Positions 1-13,848 of a stretch of DNA of 64,000 nucleotides are shown piece by piece. A program made the position numbers and the translations under genes. The notes beneath the pieces were generated by a model that had not been told where the DNA came from, ran no database searches, and saw nothing but the letters and a program-made list of their open reading frames with translations. Each line of letters starts with the position of its first letter. Positions within the stretch are counted from its first letter, which is position 1. Source of the stretch: Callorhinchus milii (lineage: Eukaryota); the NCBI RefSeq assembly GCF_018977255.1, contig NW_024704743.1, positions 36,148,001 through 36,212,000 on the forward strand, in the 5' to 3' direction.

Positions 1-1339
1 GTGATTCATATGGTTTGGATTTGGGTTTTTCAGTATAGAATAAATTCTGCATTGTTCGCTAGCTTTTGTGAACACCATATTATTACTGCTATTTAGTAAT
101 TTGATTGACATTAAGAGGCCATTATGAACCAGATTAATCCAGGCCTGATAGCAGATGTCTACACAATGCTGCATTTTAAATTAAACCACAGATTATTATC
201 TCCATTGAGTAGAAAATATTAGACAGTTTGGAAATAACCAGAGGCAGGGAAATGGTTCAGGTTGATCTTTGAAGACGTGGGACATAAATGCTGGTAAGGA
301 GAGAGGAGCAGGGAAAAAACAATAAATGAATATTGGGAGCAAACAGATCAGCAGCAACCTGATGACCCAGAAATCAATCATTTTTGCACGGGAAGTGGTG
401 TCTGACGGTGACCTAATGACTTGGAAGTTGGCGATTTTAATGTGACATGTAGGCGGCACTCAGGAAGTGAAGAGGCAGGCTGCAGGCCTGTGTAGCAAAT
501 GGGGTCCAAACTGCAATTGTGTTGTAACCAAATCTGGGCTGTAATGCTGTGCGTTATAATGAGGCTACACTGTATTTCCCTGCATTTGCCAACCTTCTTT
601 CAGACATTGAAGACTTGGGCTTCGTATTTCGCCAACCACAATTCTTGTCTAAATTTCACAACCCACAAACCAATGAATCCAGTTTGAGAACATTTCAAAT
701 TAGATTCCAAAAATTGTTCATACACCGACCCTGGTGGGACTCCATCCACACTTCACCCGATTGGCATTATACTTCTCATAAAGTGCTCTGTTTTTGTACT
801 AGACATCAGCAAGCTCTATCACCCTGTTTAGAAAGGTGGAAGGGTTCACCACAGTGGAGATCAGTACTGCTCTCGCCTGCTTACCGTGCACAAGCAGGAG
901 TCACTGGATAATAACAAAGAACAGAACCTGCTTAGTTTTTTTTTAGAGCATACACACACAGTCGCTCCTTTTCACTTGTAAATCCTGTGGAGTGCTTTGG
1001 GACATCCTCCCAATGTGAAACACGCTATACCAAATGCAAGGATTATTATTATTTTATTATTATTATTTCCCTTTCCCATGCACAGGAATGCTGAGTCCCA
1101 CTAAAGGGAGATCTCTTTTGCTACTTTTATACCAGAAGAAATTAGATAATTCAGCACAGACCTATTATCAAAGCTGTGACGTTCCTGCAGGGATTAATGT
1201 TACACCATGGGCATTTAAATGGTCTTTTCCACATATTCATCACGACAGCTTTGTGTTTGATAATTAAATGTACTATTACTATAGTTGTAGTTTTAGTATT
1301 AATACGCATTCCAGCGCATACAATAAATCCACAACACCT

Positions 1340-1620
1340 CAAACCCAACTTGTGTCTTTGTAGAGTGACATCACGGAGTGCTTTACAGAGACGGTGCTGG
1401 AAACTGAGCAGGGGGAGGTAGGAGAGTTGGGAGATGAGAGAATAGGGAGGTGATCGCAGGTATAGTCGAAGAATTGTTTTTTTTTACTTGTTTTTGTAAA
1501 CTGAGACGAGACAGAGGGGTTGATAGAGCGAGTTCCAGAGGCTGGCGATTTGGTGGCTAAAGGTTTGACCGTCAATGGTGGGGTTCAGCAAGAACCAAAT
1601 TTGCCAAGTTTGGAAGGGAC
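1340..1620 (-). mobile_element. Decayed L2 3' fragment
   Basis: Purine-rich + strand containing gagttccagaggctgg (the reverse complement of the PxLWN region) and a degenerate tail. Confidence 0.55.
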
Positions 1621-2599
1621 GAGTACTTGCAATATGTCCATGGTGTTGATTTTAGAATATCCTGCTTGCCATACCAATGAAATGTCACCATTTCGGTGCT
1701 CATCCCCAGCTTATGGGAACACAGCGAGGTATTAAAGAATCAGAGGCCGACTGTGAGGCCAGAAGTCTACTCTAATGTATTTCTTTTCTGCCTCCTTGTT
1801 TTGACACAAGCAGGGAAAGCTATCCTCCGTGAATAGTGTTGAAAGCACACTTCAATTCAAATAGCTGGAAATGCTTCCGCACTATATGGTTGATTAAACA
1901 TTTAAATTACAGGTTAATTAAGCACATCTCCAAGGGTTGCTTTATTCTAACGGGAGCTCATTTTGTTTTCGTTTCCTCTTTTTATTAATGTCTGAGCTGC
2001 ACTCAAAGCTTTCACTGTCTCCTGTTTCTGCTGGAGGCACTTCACAGTTGTGATAAATGATAACCTTCCAATATTTCCCTGTTTTCTCATCATTTAAATC
2101 TAAATAAATACAAGTAGCATGATCCGCCATCATTGCCCTGCAACTGGGGGAGCCAGAATATTTATTTTTACTCAAAGAAAAAGGCTTTGAGTAAAATAAA
2201 TATTCCAAATTGTGCTTCGTTCCTACTGTGGTAAGGAAGGAGCCTAACATAAAACAAGGTCACACAGAGGTGATTTGAGCATTTGGAATATTTTACAGAA
2301 AAGTCGATAACTCTTAAGGACAATTGGGAGATGGGAGCTTTCTTTCAAATTAATCAGCATCATAAGAAAAAGAATGGGGAAATACTGTTCATACAAGATG
2401 TATACTGTGCAATTTGCAGTTTATATATTTCAAATGTATTAAAGTGGTATGACAGCTGGCTGGTGGTAATCCCCAGTGATGCTGTTAATAATAACTGTAA
2501 TCCTTTTGCTTTGATAACTTGTTGCTCATTTTGGTTGCCAGTTGCTGCACTCGATATACTGTCATCATGTCCAGTCATGATTATTCCAGCTCCTTTCGA

Positions 2600-2935
2600 C
2601 AAAAGCTGCAGCCCATCCAGAACTTTGCAGCCCATCCAGAAGTTTGCAGCCTGTGTCTTTTCCTGTTTCAGGCTCTGTGAGCCCATCATCCACAACCTCG
2701 CTTGGCTGCACTGTCACCTCAATTTCCCAGTGGAACAAACTTAAAATCCTAATTCTCAAGTTCAGATCTCTCCATGGCCTCGCCCTAACTTACCTCTACA
2801 ACCTCCTGCAAGCCATCCACCCCAGCTGTTCCCTTCACTCACGAATGCTGTCTTGTTTCATGTCCCCGCCCAATCTGCCCACCATCGGTGCACGAGGTTT
2901 CAGCCATTTTTCTCCAATCCCTGGAACTCCATTGG
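2600..2935 (+). mobile_element. Decayed L2 fragment with an internal short tandem duplication
   Basis: KILILKFRSLHGLALTYL-like peptide; tgcagcccatccagaa is repeated at ~2607-2641. Confidence 0.75.
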
Positions 2936-3031
2936 GAGGCCCTCTACTTTGTTCCATGATTTTAAATTAACTAACATCCTTTTTTATTTTTTGCTACCAT
3001 TTTTCACTGGATTGTTATTTTGTTTTAATGA

Positions 3032-3370
3032 TAATAATAATCCTTACATCTGATTTAGTGCCTTATCAGGTCATTGAGACATCTCAAAGCGCTTCACAAA
3101 TGTACTATAAAGTGAATTGACAGTATATTTTGTGGGCAAAACGGGGCAGCCATTTGCGCACAGCAGTGTCCCACAAACAGTCGGGAATTGAGTGGCCAAT
3201 TCATTACTCCTGGAAAAGCGATCTGCCAATCGACTTAACAAGCGGGCTTCTAATTACTGCTATGTAAACAGAGGTGTGGAGAGTAAGGAAACTTGCCAAC
3301 ATTTTGTCCTGCTGGGAATCGAACCCAGGTCTATCACTTGCGAGGCGAGTTCTCTAACTATAGCACTCCG
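3032..3370 (-). mobile_element. tRNA SINE, long subtype, diverged
   Basis: Tail at 3032; gggaatcgaacccagg (reverse-complement B box) at ~3313. Confidence 0.85.
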
Positions 3371-4189
3371 ATAAGGTGCTTTATCAAATGCTTTATTACT
3401 AATCAGATCAGATGTTAAACTGAGGTCCCATCGGCCTATTCAGGTGGAACTTCAAGATCCCATTGCACTTAGGAATGAGAAGTGTTCTAGCCAAACTGCC
3501 GCACCCACTCCAAATGAAAATGATCGTTCACTTCATGGCTTGTTTGTAGGACGTTGCTGTGTGTAAATTGGTTGCTGCATTTGCCTATAAATGCATAGTT
3601 ACTGCACTTTACAATAAATTCTACGCAATGTTTTGAGGCATCTCCCGACATGAGAGCCACTAAATGCACTAGCGTCTGGACTTAATGTCATATTGTGTTT
3701 CCAAATTTGAGGATGACTCCTCAAAATGTAACCCTGACTCACCATTCAAAGTAAATCTGATCCCAACAGAGTCTAATATGTCGGATGTCATTCTTCAAAT
3801 ACAGTAGTCAGTAATACATATACAATAGGAATATTCATTATAATAATAATCCTACTCGTTGATTGAAGTGTGCTCTGGGTTTGAAGGTTCAACTCCATGA
3901 CATTGACCATAATTAAACTCAACACATTTAACTCACAGACCCCTTTTGAGGTTCCATCACAAGAGGTTACTGAAAGCTTCCTTGGCTGTCTTTGGATGTG
4001 CATCTTTGACAATCATCTGAAGTTCCTCTGTACTGGTACTAAATGCAGATTATCAGTTGTTTGAGACTGATGCTGGCAACCACTGTTTAAAAATAAAATC
4101 TGTAAGTCCGAGAAACAAAATCAATTCACATTTTGCCTATTACCGATATGATGCTACCCATGTGAAGGGCTCTATATAAATGAAAGTTA

Positions 4190-4587
4190 TTGATCCTGGT
4201 CCTCACCTTCAGAGCCCTCCACGGTCTTGCTCCTCCCTACCTCCCCGACCTCCTAATCCCCTACCACCCTGTTCGCTCCCTCCACTCAGCGGGCTCCGGC
4301 CTGCTTCACGTCCTCCGCCTTGCTCGCCCCACTATCGGCGGGTGGGCCTTCCACCACTCTGCACCCACCCTCTGGAACTTCATCCCACAATCCCTCTGTC
4401 TCGCCCCCTCCCTTGCCACCTTCAAGACCCTCCTCTTCGATTGTGCTTTCGATCTCCCTGTTTCCCCCTTGCCCTCCCCAACTCCGACCCCCAGCTCGGG
4501 TCCGTAACTGTCTTGTCTGTCCAGTGCCTTGGGATGTCCTCCCGAAGTGAAAGGCGCTATACAAATGTAATTTTGTTGTTGTTGTTG
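4190..4587 (+). mobile_element. L2 3' fragment
   Basis: ILVLTFRALHGLAPPYL...APTLWN; ends gggatgtcctcccgaagtgaaaggcgctatacaaatgtaattttgttgttgttg. Confidence 0.92.
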
Positions 4588-4899
4588 GCCCTCTATAGGG
4601 GTTCCTCTGAGCTGAAGATCCAAAGCTGAAGATCCCTACCTTATTTTCAACTGCACTTTTGATCATCTTTTCCCCACCCACACTCTGACCCCCATCCTCC
4701 TCAGCTTTTCCCACCAGTAGCTTGGCTGCCGGTCAGCTGCGAGAAGCACTTTGAAATGTTTTTCCTGATGTGAAAAGAATTATATAAATGTAAATTGTTG
4801 TTATGCAATTGTTCCTCACAGCACAACCCTATAACATTGGAGATCATAGTCTGGTTCTCTCCTGCACTGCCTTTGGGGCTTGATCAACCACATAATGTC

Positions 4900-6475
4900 A
4901 CCAATTCAACTCCACTCTTACCTCTCAGCTCCACCTCCTTGCCCCTCTACTCACAGATATCATCACCCTCTCCTTTTCCACTGGCACCGTTCCCCCCCCC
5001 CCCCCTTATAAGCATCCATTATCAACTCCATCCTCAAAAAAGCTTCCCTGAATGCATCCTTGTTCTTCAACTACCACCCCATATCCAACTTTCCTTTCCG
5101 AGATCCTTGAATGAGTTGTTGCTTCCCAGCTTTGCTCCTTCCTCTCCCGACACTCCCTCTACGAACCCCTCCAATCAGGTTTCCATATTGCCCACAGCAC
5201 AGAACCAGCCCTGGTCAAAGTGACAAATGATATTTTGCCCATCTGTGACCAGGACTCCCTCTGTCTTCTTGTGCTCCTTGACCTTTCTGCTGCCTTTGAT
5301 ACCGTTGACCACTGTATCCTCTTCCACCGCCTCTTCCCTCACCTCAACCTTCGTGGTTCTGTCCTTGACTGGTTCAAATCCTACCTTTCGCACCGTCTCC
5401 ACTTTGTTTCCACAAACAATTTCTCCTCTATTCCGCCCCCCCCCACACTGTCTTGTGCGGTGTTCCTCAGGGCTCTGTCCTTGGTCCCCTCCTCTTCAAT
5501 ATCTATATTCTCCCTCTTGGTGACATCATCCATAGACATGGGGTCAACTTCCACATGTATGTGGATGACACCCAACTTTACCTCTCTGCCCCCACCCTTG
5601 ACATCAAGTCCTGGATGAGAGTTAACTTTCTTCAGGTGAACGTCAACAAGACCGAGGCTCTCCTGATTGGCTCCGTCAGCACCTCCACACCTCAGGCGCT
5701 GACAGCATCACCATCCATGGTTGCACCCTCCACCTTATTAAGCCAGTCCGGAACCTTGGCATCTTGTTTGACCCTAAACTGTCCTTTCTATCCCACATCT
5801 GTGCAATGACCCGCTCTGCCATGCCCCACCTCCCAACATTACCTGACTCCACCACTGCCTCCCCACAGGCTGCCGAAACCCTCATCCACGCATTTGTTAC
5901 ATCTCGACTCAACTACGCCAACTCCCTGCTTGGCGGCCTTCCCAACTCCTCCCTCCACAAGCTGCAGATCATTCATAACTCTGCAGATCATGTCCTCTCC
6001 GGTGACCCTATCTCCCCCCACCCCTCCCGGCTCCACTGGCTCCCATCAAAATCCCAGTTCAAAATCCCAGCCTTCAAAGCCCTCCAAGCCCTTGCTCCTT
6101 CCTAACTCTGTGACGTGCTAACGCCATATCGACCTGTCCACTCCCTCTGCTCAGCAGGCTGCGGCCTGCTCCACGTTCCCCGCCCGGCCTGCCCCAACAT
6201 CGCCAGTCGGCCCTTCAGCCTCTCTGCCCCAATTCTTTGGAACTCCATCCCACAGTACCTTAGCGTTACTTCCTTGCCTCCTTCAAGCCCCATTTCAAGA
6301 CCCTCCTCTTTGACTGCTCCTTTGGTCACCCTTCTACACCTATCCTCCCTCAGCATCACCATACTCTTGATCTCAACCCCCTGCTCAGGTCCAAATCCCT
6401 GACTGTCCAGCACCTTGGGACATCCTCACGACATGAAAGGCGCTATAAAAATGTAATTTGTTTTTGCAGTTGCTG
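4900..6475 (+). mobile_element. Degenerate L2 LINE, RT and 3' end
   Basis: [57 protein letters not shown] across shifting frames. The L2 3' hairpin and tail are at ~6410-6475. Confidence 0.93.
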
Positions 6476-9299
6476 TTATCCGGGTGTAATAAACCCTTCA
6501 AAAACAAAATAATAATAATTTGGTCACTCAACCCACTGCTGTGCACAATTGGCTGTTGCGTTTCACCCACAAAGTACACAGTCAATACACTTTACAGTGT
6601 ATTCTGTGAAGTGCTTTGAGATATCTCAATGACATGATAGGGTGATATATCAAATGGAAGGATTATTATGATTATTATTAATGACCAGAACACAGTATTC
6701 AAAGTATAGCCTAACCAAAGCATTGAACAGCTTGGATGTTTATTGTGATGACTAAAAGCACGATTGACAATCCATTGTCCAAGAACAGTCAATATTATGT
6801 CTGAGGAGAGCCAGAGAATTTTCTTGTTCGAGAACAATAGACTTTCTTCCAGAGGTAACACAAATTATCCTAAATAACAGTTCCCCTTTCTTGATAATAA
6901 CAATAATAATAACAATCCTTGCATTTGGTACAGCGCCTATCACATCAGGAGCATCACAGGATTTCACTATAAAGAGCTCCTAAGAGCTTCTTACAGGATT
7001 TCACCATGAAGTGTAGTGATTGTATTTTGTGGACGAATTGTATAGGGATACACTGTCAAGCTATTTGCTCAAATTAATAGTACTATATAAGGACGATAAA
7101 CAGCATTCAATAACGTCTGAGCTAACTGAGCAGATCTGCCATGGAGCAGCAGATGTATTTAGTAAAGATAAATACAAGATAATCTACATTGAAAGATATA
7201 AAGCAATAAACACGTACAACATGAATGTATCACCAGTAGCAGAGGTGTAGAAAGGGAAGAGTTGGATCAACCTGCATAGGAGTTTGTTCATTTATCATTA
7301 AATGTTTTGTCTGATTTTGAAATTCATTGGTTTTTTTTGGAAGTTCAGCCAGGTGTCTGACACATGCAGAAAGCCCATTACCATGCTGAAGAGATCCCAA
7401 CCAGACTAGGAGGTCCACATATGTATCAAATATCAAATGCAAGCATTAATATAAGAAAGAGTGCTTAAAATGCTACATCGGCACAGGTACCCTGAACACC
7501 AGAGGGAGCTGTATCTGGACTCTGTCTCGCTGCTTAAGTAGATAGTAGTTGACATTGGTAGAAGTCAAGTGATTAAGTCCAGTACTGCTTCTTTATGATT
7601 GAATGATATAAATGAATGATTCAGTCATATTACATACAAATGGTCCATTTGCAAAAACTACCTTACTGCACTTTTGTTTCCTCTGCATGCGTAAAACATC
7701 ATACTGTTCTGCTTATTGTCTACACTGAGCCATGTTGGCATCTCAGCTGTGGTTGTCTTGCTGAGGCACTGCATGATGACAGCTGACAAGAGTCATATCA
7801 AATGTGACAAGAGTTGATGCATGGACTGTATCTTTCAGTTTGTATTCCTTCACGGCCCAGCAAGGTAATTGCATGTGTCCTTGTTTGTGAAGGGATCTGT
7901 AGGTTTGATGAATCAGTACTACTTCACTGATCAAGTAGCTAACATTCAATTTACCTGCTGGACGAGATGATGTTATCTTTGATCATCTGATTTCAGTGAT
8001 AATGTAGGAGCTGTGACGGTGAAATTCTTCACTGTGCTATGTGTAGTGACTTTGATGGTGTCTGAATACAATGTAATGAAACATCCAACTGCTCTAGGAA
8101 CTCTTTTCCTTACCTGTCTGTGGAGTTCTCAATGCTGCACTTTTGTGGCTAGTATATTTTACTGCTGTTCTCATCAAATCTAATGGTACATGACTTAATA
8201 ATAGCAAAAGTTTTAATTGGTAAAACCACGGCTTAATGTTAAACCTGTCGGGTTCCACATTAGATTTTGAGTGAGCTATTCTCAGGCAGTGTAGCAGTTG
8301 AGGCACTTCAACTGGCTTTAGCTGGGCTCAGATGAGGATGGAAACATTCTGCAGAGATTTCTCACTTCTGATCTCTGTCAAGTGAGTGCTGATAGAAAGT
8401 TCATACCTGTGAGGTGAGTCAGAGGGAGAGCCCTGTGTGATGACCATCACGGACTTATAGCTTGTGTGGCCTCAGACATGAAGAATTACCATTGGAGTGA
8501 TATGCCACAGGCTTTCAGTGCCTGAGTGAGGAGAGCGGAGAAAATTCCACTTTGATTTATTGAGGCTAATAAGATGTTAAACCAAGGTCTCTTCTGCCTA
8601 TTCAGGTGGATGTTAAAGATCCCCTGACTTTATTTAAAAAGAGAAAGGAGCTGGTCAACAATCTCTCTAGATAAAATCAGTCATTTTACCTCATTGACTA
8701 CTTGTGGGATATTGTGTGCAAATTAACTGGTGCAGTTGCCTACAAAATACACAGTAACTACACGTCACAGTAAATAGTGTGAAGCGTTTTGAGACATCTG
8801 ACATGAAAAGCATTATATCAAATGCAAAGATTGTTATTATTGGTAAAGTGATTTATATAATGTACTCTGGCCATAAAGGTCTTGTGGTTTAGAACAATCA
8901 TCTAAACTCAAAGATGAAATATCTGACCTGATACTCTTTCGGTTTCTGGTGTTTATTTTTGGCTTCCATACAGTCTGTGTAATTCAAGATCATGATGCTG
9001 TTAGTTTCCTACCAGCGAGTAGAGGGAGCTGCTGCTTGTCCCTGCCGCTATTGCTGATTGTGGAAGTCTGTGAAGCAGGGAGGGCAGTGTATAGTGCGGT
9101 CACTTGGTGCCTGCATGTTTCACTGGTTAGAAACGAAGACTGTGTTTTACCACCAACATACGTACTGGAGTGAGGGACTAGACGAAATGTAGAGGTATTG
9201 TATTTGCTTTTTCTAATATTGTCTTGCTGTTTAAAACTGGCTTCTTTGATGTGGCATCTCCAGGTAGTGACAGGAAGATGAGCACAATGGTCCAACAGT

Positions 9300-9385
9300 G
9301 CAGCAATAAGCTATGTGCTTTGCAGCAATAAGCTATGTGCTTTGTAGCAATAAGCTATGTAGCTATGTGTTACTATGTGTAGCTG
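9300..9385. repeat. 22-bp tandem repeat (about 3 copies) decaying into agctatgtg units
   Basis: gcagcaataagctatgtgcttt repeated directly. Confidence 0.9.
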
Positions 9386-10384
9386 TTGATGATGACCTGA
9401 TCTGAAAAGCAAACTAGTTTGTTTTTAAGCGGATGATACGGGGAATCGCAGATAAGAGGTGCATTATAGACCATTTAGCTATATTCTTTGGGAAACTAAT
9501 AGATTGTGGACAGTACTCAAGTATAGATAGTCTCGGACTAAGACCGTGTTTGACTGAATGAGAGTACAAAAATCTGCTCTTTTCTATTGAAGGATGTAAT
9601 TTGTGTGACAGTCCTACGGAGACAGACTTTTATAATCTGGAAACATTCTTTTTTTGTGCCTATACTTTGTGCTATCGTAGTATTCCAGGGTGTGCCCGAA
9701 TACTTTAGTCAAACAGCCATTCTTTATGTATGAATCCGGACAGGGAGAACTGGCAAGCTTCTTGACTGCAGGAGTCGAGCTTGATCCCACTCTCGCCGAG
9801 TCTCCACACACATGCACATTCCATCAGAATTTAATTGCCTAGTGATGAGCAATTGAAAACCTAGCCTATTTGTTCTGTCCCCCCCCTCCCTCACACTTTT
9901 AACCCCTCCTATTCCCCTTACCTATACCTCCCTTATCCCTCATGTACCCATCAAGTTTTCTCTCAAATACAATGCTATTTGCATCATCCAGAGCTTCCAG
10001 CAGTAAGCTCCACATTTAAGAAAGACTGAATTCGATAATTTTCCGAAACTGCTGTATGATCCTATTCTACTTTAAAACAATACTCTAAAACATAAGAGCA
10101 TAAGGAGGAGTTTTGAGCTTCTGGTCATCCATGAATGTAGTTAACTTTTCCCACGCAGTTTATCTGATATACAGTAGAATGCTGCTTACCTGCACTCTAA
10201 GGAATTATCTGCTTATCTGCATAGGGCTCTGATGTGGAAGTCAGATCCAAGCCTGCTATATAGCGGCAAAAGAATAGCTACAGGTACTATAGTTAGCGCT
10301 GTAATCCATTTGTATTTTAAGTGATTCGCACTGTTTAGTTATCCACAATGGGGCCAGTCCCAATTAGTGCAGATAATCTACTCT

Positions 10385-10855
10385 ACAACAACAACAATTA
10401 CATTTGTATAGCGCCTTTTATGTCGGGAGGACATCCCAAGGTGGTGGACAGTGTACAGCATTTCAGACCCGAGCAGGGGTCAGGGAGGGGAGGAGAAGGG
10501 GGGTGGCCGATGGCATGGTCGAAGAGGAGGGTCTTGAGGTGGGACTTGAAGAAGGCCAAGGAGGGGGCGAGGCGGAGTGATTGGGGGATGAAATTCCAGA
10601 GTTTGGGGGCAGAGTGGTTGAAGGCTCTCCTGCCAATGGTGGGGCGGATGGGTCAGCGGACGTGGGTCAGGCTGGAGCCGGCTGAGTGGAGGGAGCGGGT
10701 GGGTTGGTAGGGGGTTAGGAGGTTGGGTGGAGGGGAGGTAGGGTAGGGCGAGACCATGGAGGGCTTTGTATGTGAGGACCAGGATCTTGAACGGGATCCT
10801 CTGAAGGATAGGGAGCCAATGGAGTCGGTCGAGAATGGGGGAGATGGGGTCGCTA
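10385..10855 (-). mobile_element. L2 3' fragment
   Basis: (CAA)n followed by atttgtatagcgcctttt; minus-strand peptide DPISPILDRLHWLPILQRIPFKILVLTYKALHGLA. Confidence 0.93.
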
Positions 10856-11984
10856 GTTTGTTTTAATGCCCTCGCATCCATCTAGTCCTTCAGGGAGAAC
10901 AAACACAAACATTGTACATTAGCTTCCATCTTACACAAGTTGCTTGGGCTAGAAGAGATTTTTTACAGCTATCAGTAGGTTGAAATCCACAACAATGCTC
11001 ATAGCAACACCCTGCTGGCCATTGCCAGCAGGAAACTCTAGCTTTTGGGATGTAAAGAACGTAGCTAAATGGTCTAACAACTGCAATGTATTACTGTAGA
11101 ATCAAAATTAAATGTTACATTAACAAAATTGGGAACAAAACCCTGAGTCAAACACAAACATACTTTTACCCAGCAGGAGATCAAAATTTACCATCTTATG
11201 TCTGATGAATGAGGTATTGTATCTTGTCCATTGTTAGCTGTAACCTGAAGCTGGTTGAAATCCACACAAGCATTTAATGAAAACTAACAAGCAGAAGTGG
11301 TGCTTTTGAAAAGAGCATTTGAATAATAATCAAATCTCATTGCAGTTTAATTGGGTCTCAATTTGTGTCTGCTTTGGCCAAAGGCAAGAAAGTCTATCTT
11401 TTTATCACATGCATGGGTGAGAGAGCTGATTCGAAAGGAGAAGCATTTGTGTTGAAAGGTGACCTTTCAACATACTGTAATTACTTGTTGGCTGAATCAG
11501 TTCTTTCATCCAGATATCTGATACAAAAATATGTTTCCAGAGATGCGGGGATATCAATGTTTAGATGTGTTTGTGCCTAATGGAAGCAATGAGCTACAAT
11601 TCCTCCATTCCAGGACAAGAGTCTCTGCTGGTTCAGTGAGGAAGGATAAGCATTCAGTAAATCACAGTGCTGAATCTGTGAACACGTATTGCAATTCTTA
11701 ACTATAAGGATTGCCTTTTCTGCATATAGTCAAAGTTGAAATAATGAATCACGAGTTAAATGGATTATGAATCTGAATGATGTATTTTAGCCTTCAGCCA
11801 AAATAGGTAGTGGTTGAGCAGTAAAACAGGATTGGGTTTTATCATTCCATGTTTAAGAATACACAAGCTGGTTATTTTCATGAACATCCCTGAGGTAAAA
11901 GTTGTGGATCATGTGAATTTGGTGCTAGTTAGCCTACTCTGGGTGTCCTGATGTTGCAGATGGTCATCAGGAGGTGCTACTCAT

Positions 11985-12270
11985 TAGGTGTCTTGGATAG
12001 TAGCACTCTCACTTCTTGAGTCAGAAGTTTGAGGGTTCAAGATCATAATCTAGGTTGACAGTGGGATTGATTTGGGTAGCTCTTTTCAAAGAGCCGTCAT
12101 TTTCGATGGGCCAAATGGCCTCCTTCTGTGCTGTATAATTCTATGACACTCCATTGCAATGATGGGAGAGCATCGTTGCAGGGGTCATCCTTCTAATGAG
12201 ACGTTAAACTGAGCTCTTGTTTGCTTGTTCAGGTGGATGTTAAAGATCCCATCCCACTATTCAAAAAGAA
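11985..12270 (+). mobile_element. Old DeuSINE with an inserted CR1 3' end (~12061-12145)
   Basis: tagcactctcacttcttgagtcagaag...taggttgaca|CR1 3'UTR ending attctat|gacactcc...gagacgttaaac...caggtggatgttaaagatccc. Confidence 0.75.
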
Positions 12271-12289
12271 AATAATACTGTCATGAGAA

Positions 12290-12708
12290 TGCTTATATTT
12301 GGTACAGCACCTTTTCACATCAGAAGGACACCATGAAGCACTTCACAGGATATAACATGCAGTGACTGTATTTTGAGGGTGAAAACAGCAGCTAAATTTC
12401 ACACAGCAATGTCCTACAGTCATGGAGTGAATGACCAATTTTATCTGGAGAATTGTCGGCAAGACACAGGAAGAAATATTCCCTTCTCATTTTATTGTGC
12501 CATGGGATCTCTAATGTCCACCTGAACAGACAAACGGGACGTCAGTTTAACGCCTCTTTCAAAGGACTGTAACTCCAACAACGCAGTGCATCCCCAGCAC
12601 TGCACTGGAGTGTTATCTTAGACTATATGAGTTCCAAGACCCAATGTAGGGCTTGAACCCTTCTGACTGAGAGACAAAAGTGCTGCAAACTGAGCCAGGC
12701 TGACACAC
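12290..12708 (-). mobile_element. Old DeuSINE; further copies at ~3400-3670 (+), 8570-8840 (+), 35770-36075 (-), 53260-53570 (+) and 53575-54090 (+)
   Basis: Deu-domain motif gatgagacgttaaac...caggtggaygttaaagatcccatggcac on either strand. Confidence 0.78.
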
Positions 12709-13537
12709 CTAATGGAATGAAATCTTGACAGACAATCCCTCCAATAAATGTAGTCACTCACTTCATGGCTCTGTGCAAATTGGTTGCCACATTCGTCTCC
12801 AAATGCAGTTATGCACACTGAGGCCTTTTGATTACTTGAAAAAGCGTTATATCAAGCATAATATTATTATTTATTACTAAAATTAACATCAAGCTAATAT
12901 AGGAGAAATTTACATTCCAATGTGTAATACACGTTGATTGATGAATTTTCCAATAACAAAACAATGGTCATTGTTAGAGGTTTTCTTAGTTACTTTCATT
13001 GCAAACATTTTTATTTTCATTGCAGTCTTTTGTTTTTGGAATTGATCAAAGCTCCAAGCATAATCCTTTGCGAAGCCCTACATAACAAAGGTGGTGTTTG
13101 ATTTTAAGCCTGGGATCTGACTGGCCTTTAGGACAGTGTTAGTTAGACCATGAATTTATAGAGTTGTTAACCATGGCAGATTTCCGGCAAACCAATAATT
13201 ATATAACATCGAAACCCATTACAATCCGATTACAATCGGCAGTATCATCTGTTCAAATTGATTATATGTAGCAGCTTTGTTATCTATCATATATAGTGAG
13301 GTATCCAGGCTTGCCAATCATTAATAACTGCGCTGAAGTGATACGGTATGAATAATTTATTCGGTGGAATTGCCTCTACCAGACGAGAAAGAGCTAAGCA
13401 ATTAAAAGGAACTAGTGTAGTAAATGTGAGATTGATGTGTGTATTGATCATTTGAAACACAATTTATGGCCAATTTGGGTGTTTAAAAGTGCTTGTCCAT
13501 AGATACCGTTTTAAGGATGAAACCTGGGATGAAGCAT

Positions 13538-13848
13538 TAATAATAATAATCCTTGCATTTGATATAGTGCTTTTTCATGTCTTCTAGACGTCTCAAAGCG
13601 CTTCACAGAATATATTGTAAAATGAATTGACTGTATATTTTGTGGGTGAAACGCGGCAGCCAATTGCGCACGTCAGTCTCCACAAACAGTCGTGGATTGA
13701 AGTGACCAATTTATTATTGTTTTTTTTCTTGAGGGATTCTTATTGAGCGTGTGGAGTAAGGAAACTTGCCCAAGGTTTCGCCCTGCTGGGAATCGAACCC
13801 ACGTCTCTCGCTTGCCAGGCAAGTGCTCTAACCACTGGGCTACAGGAT
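13538..13848 (-). mobile_element. tRNA-Ala SINE, near full length
   Basis: (TAA)n ccttgcatttgatatag...gggaatcgaaccc...ctaaccactgggctacagga. Confidence 0.92.

Noticed and set aside
4180..6413. Many overlapping Pro/Ser- and Gly/Glu-rich ORFs
   Set aside because: Alternative and antisense frames of C-rich L2 sequence.
9300..9385. Short direct repeats, CRISPR-like at a glance
   Set aside because: Head-to-tail with no spacers, in a vertebrate intron: a minisatellite.
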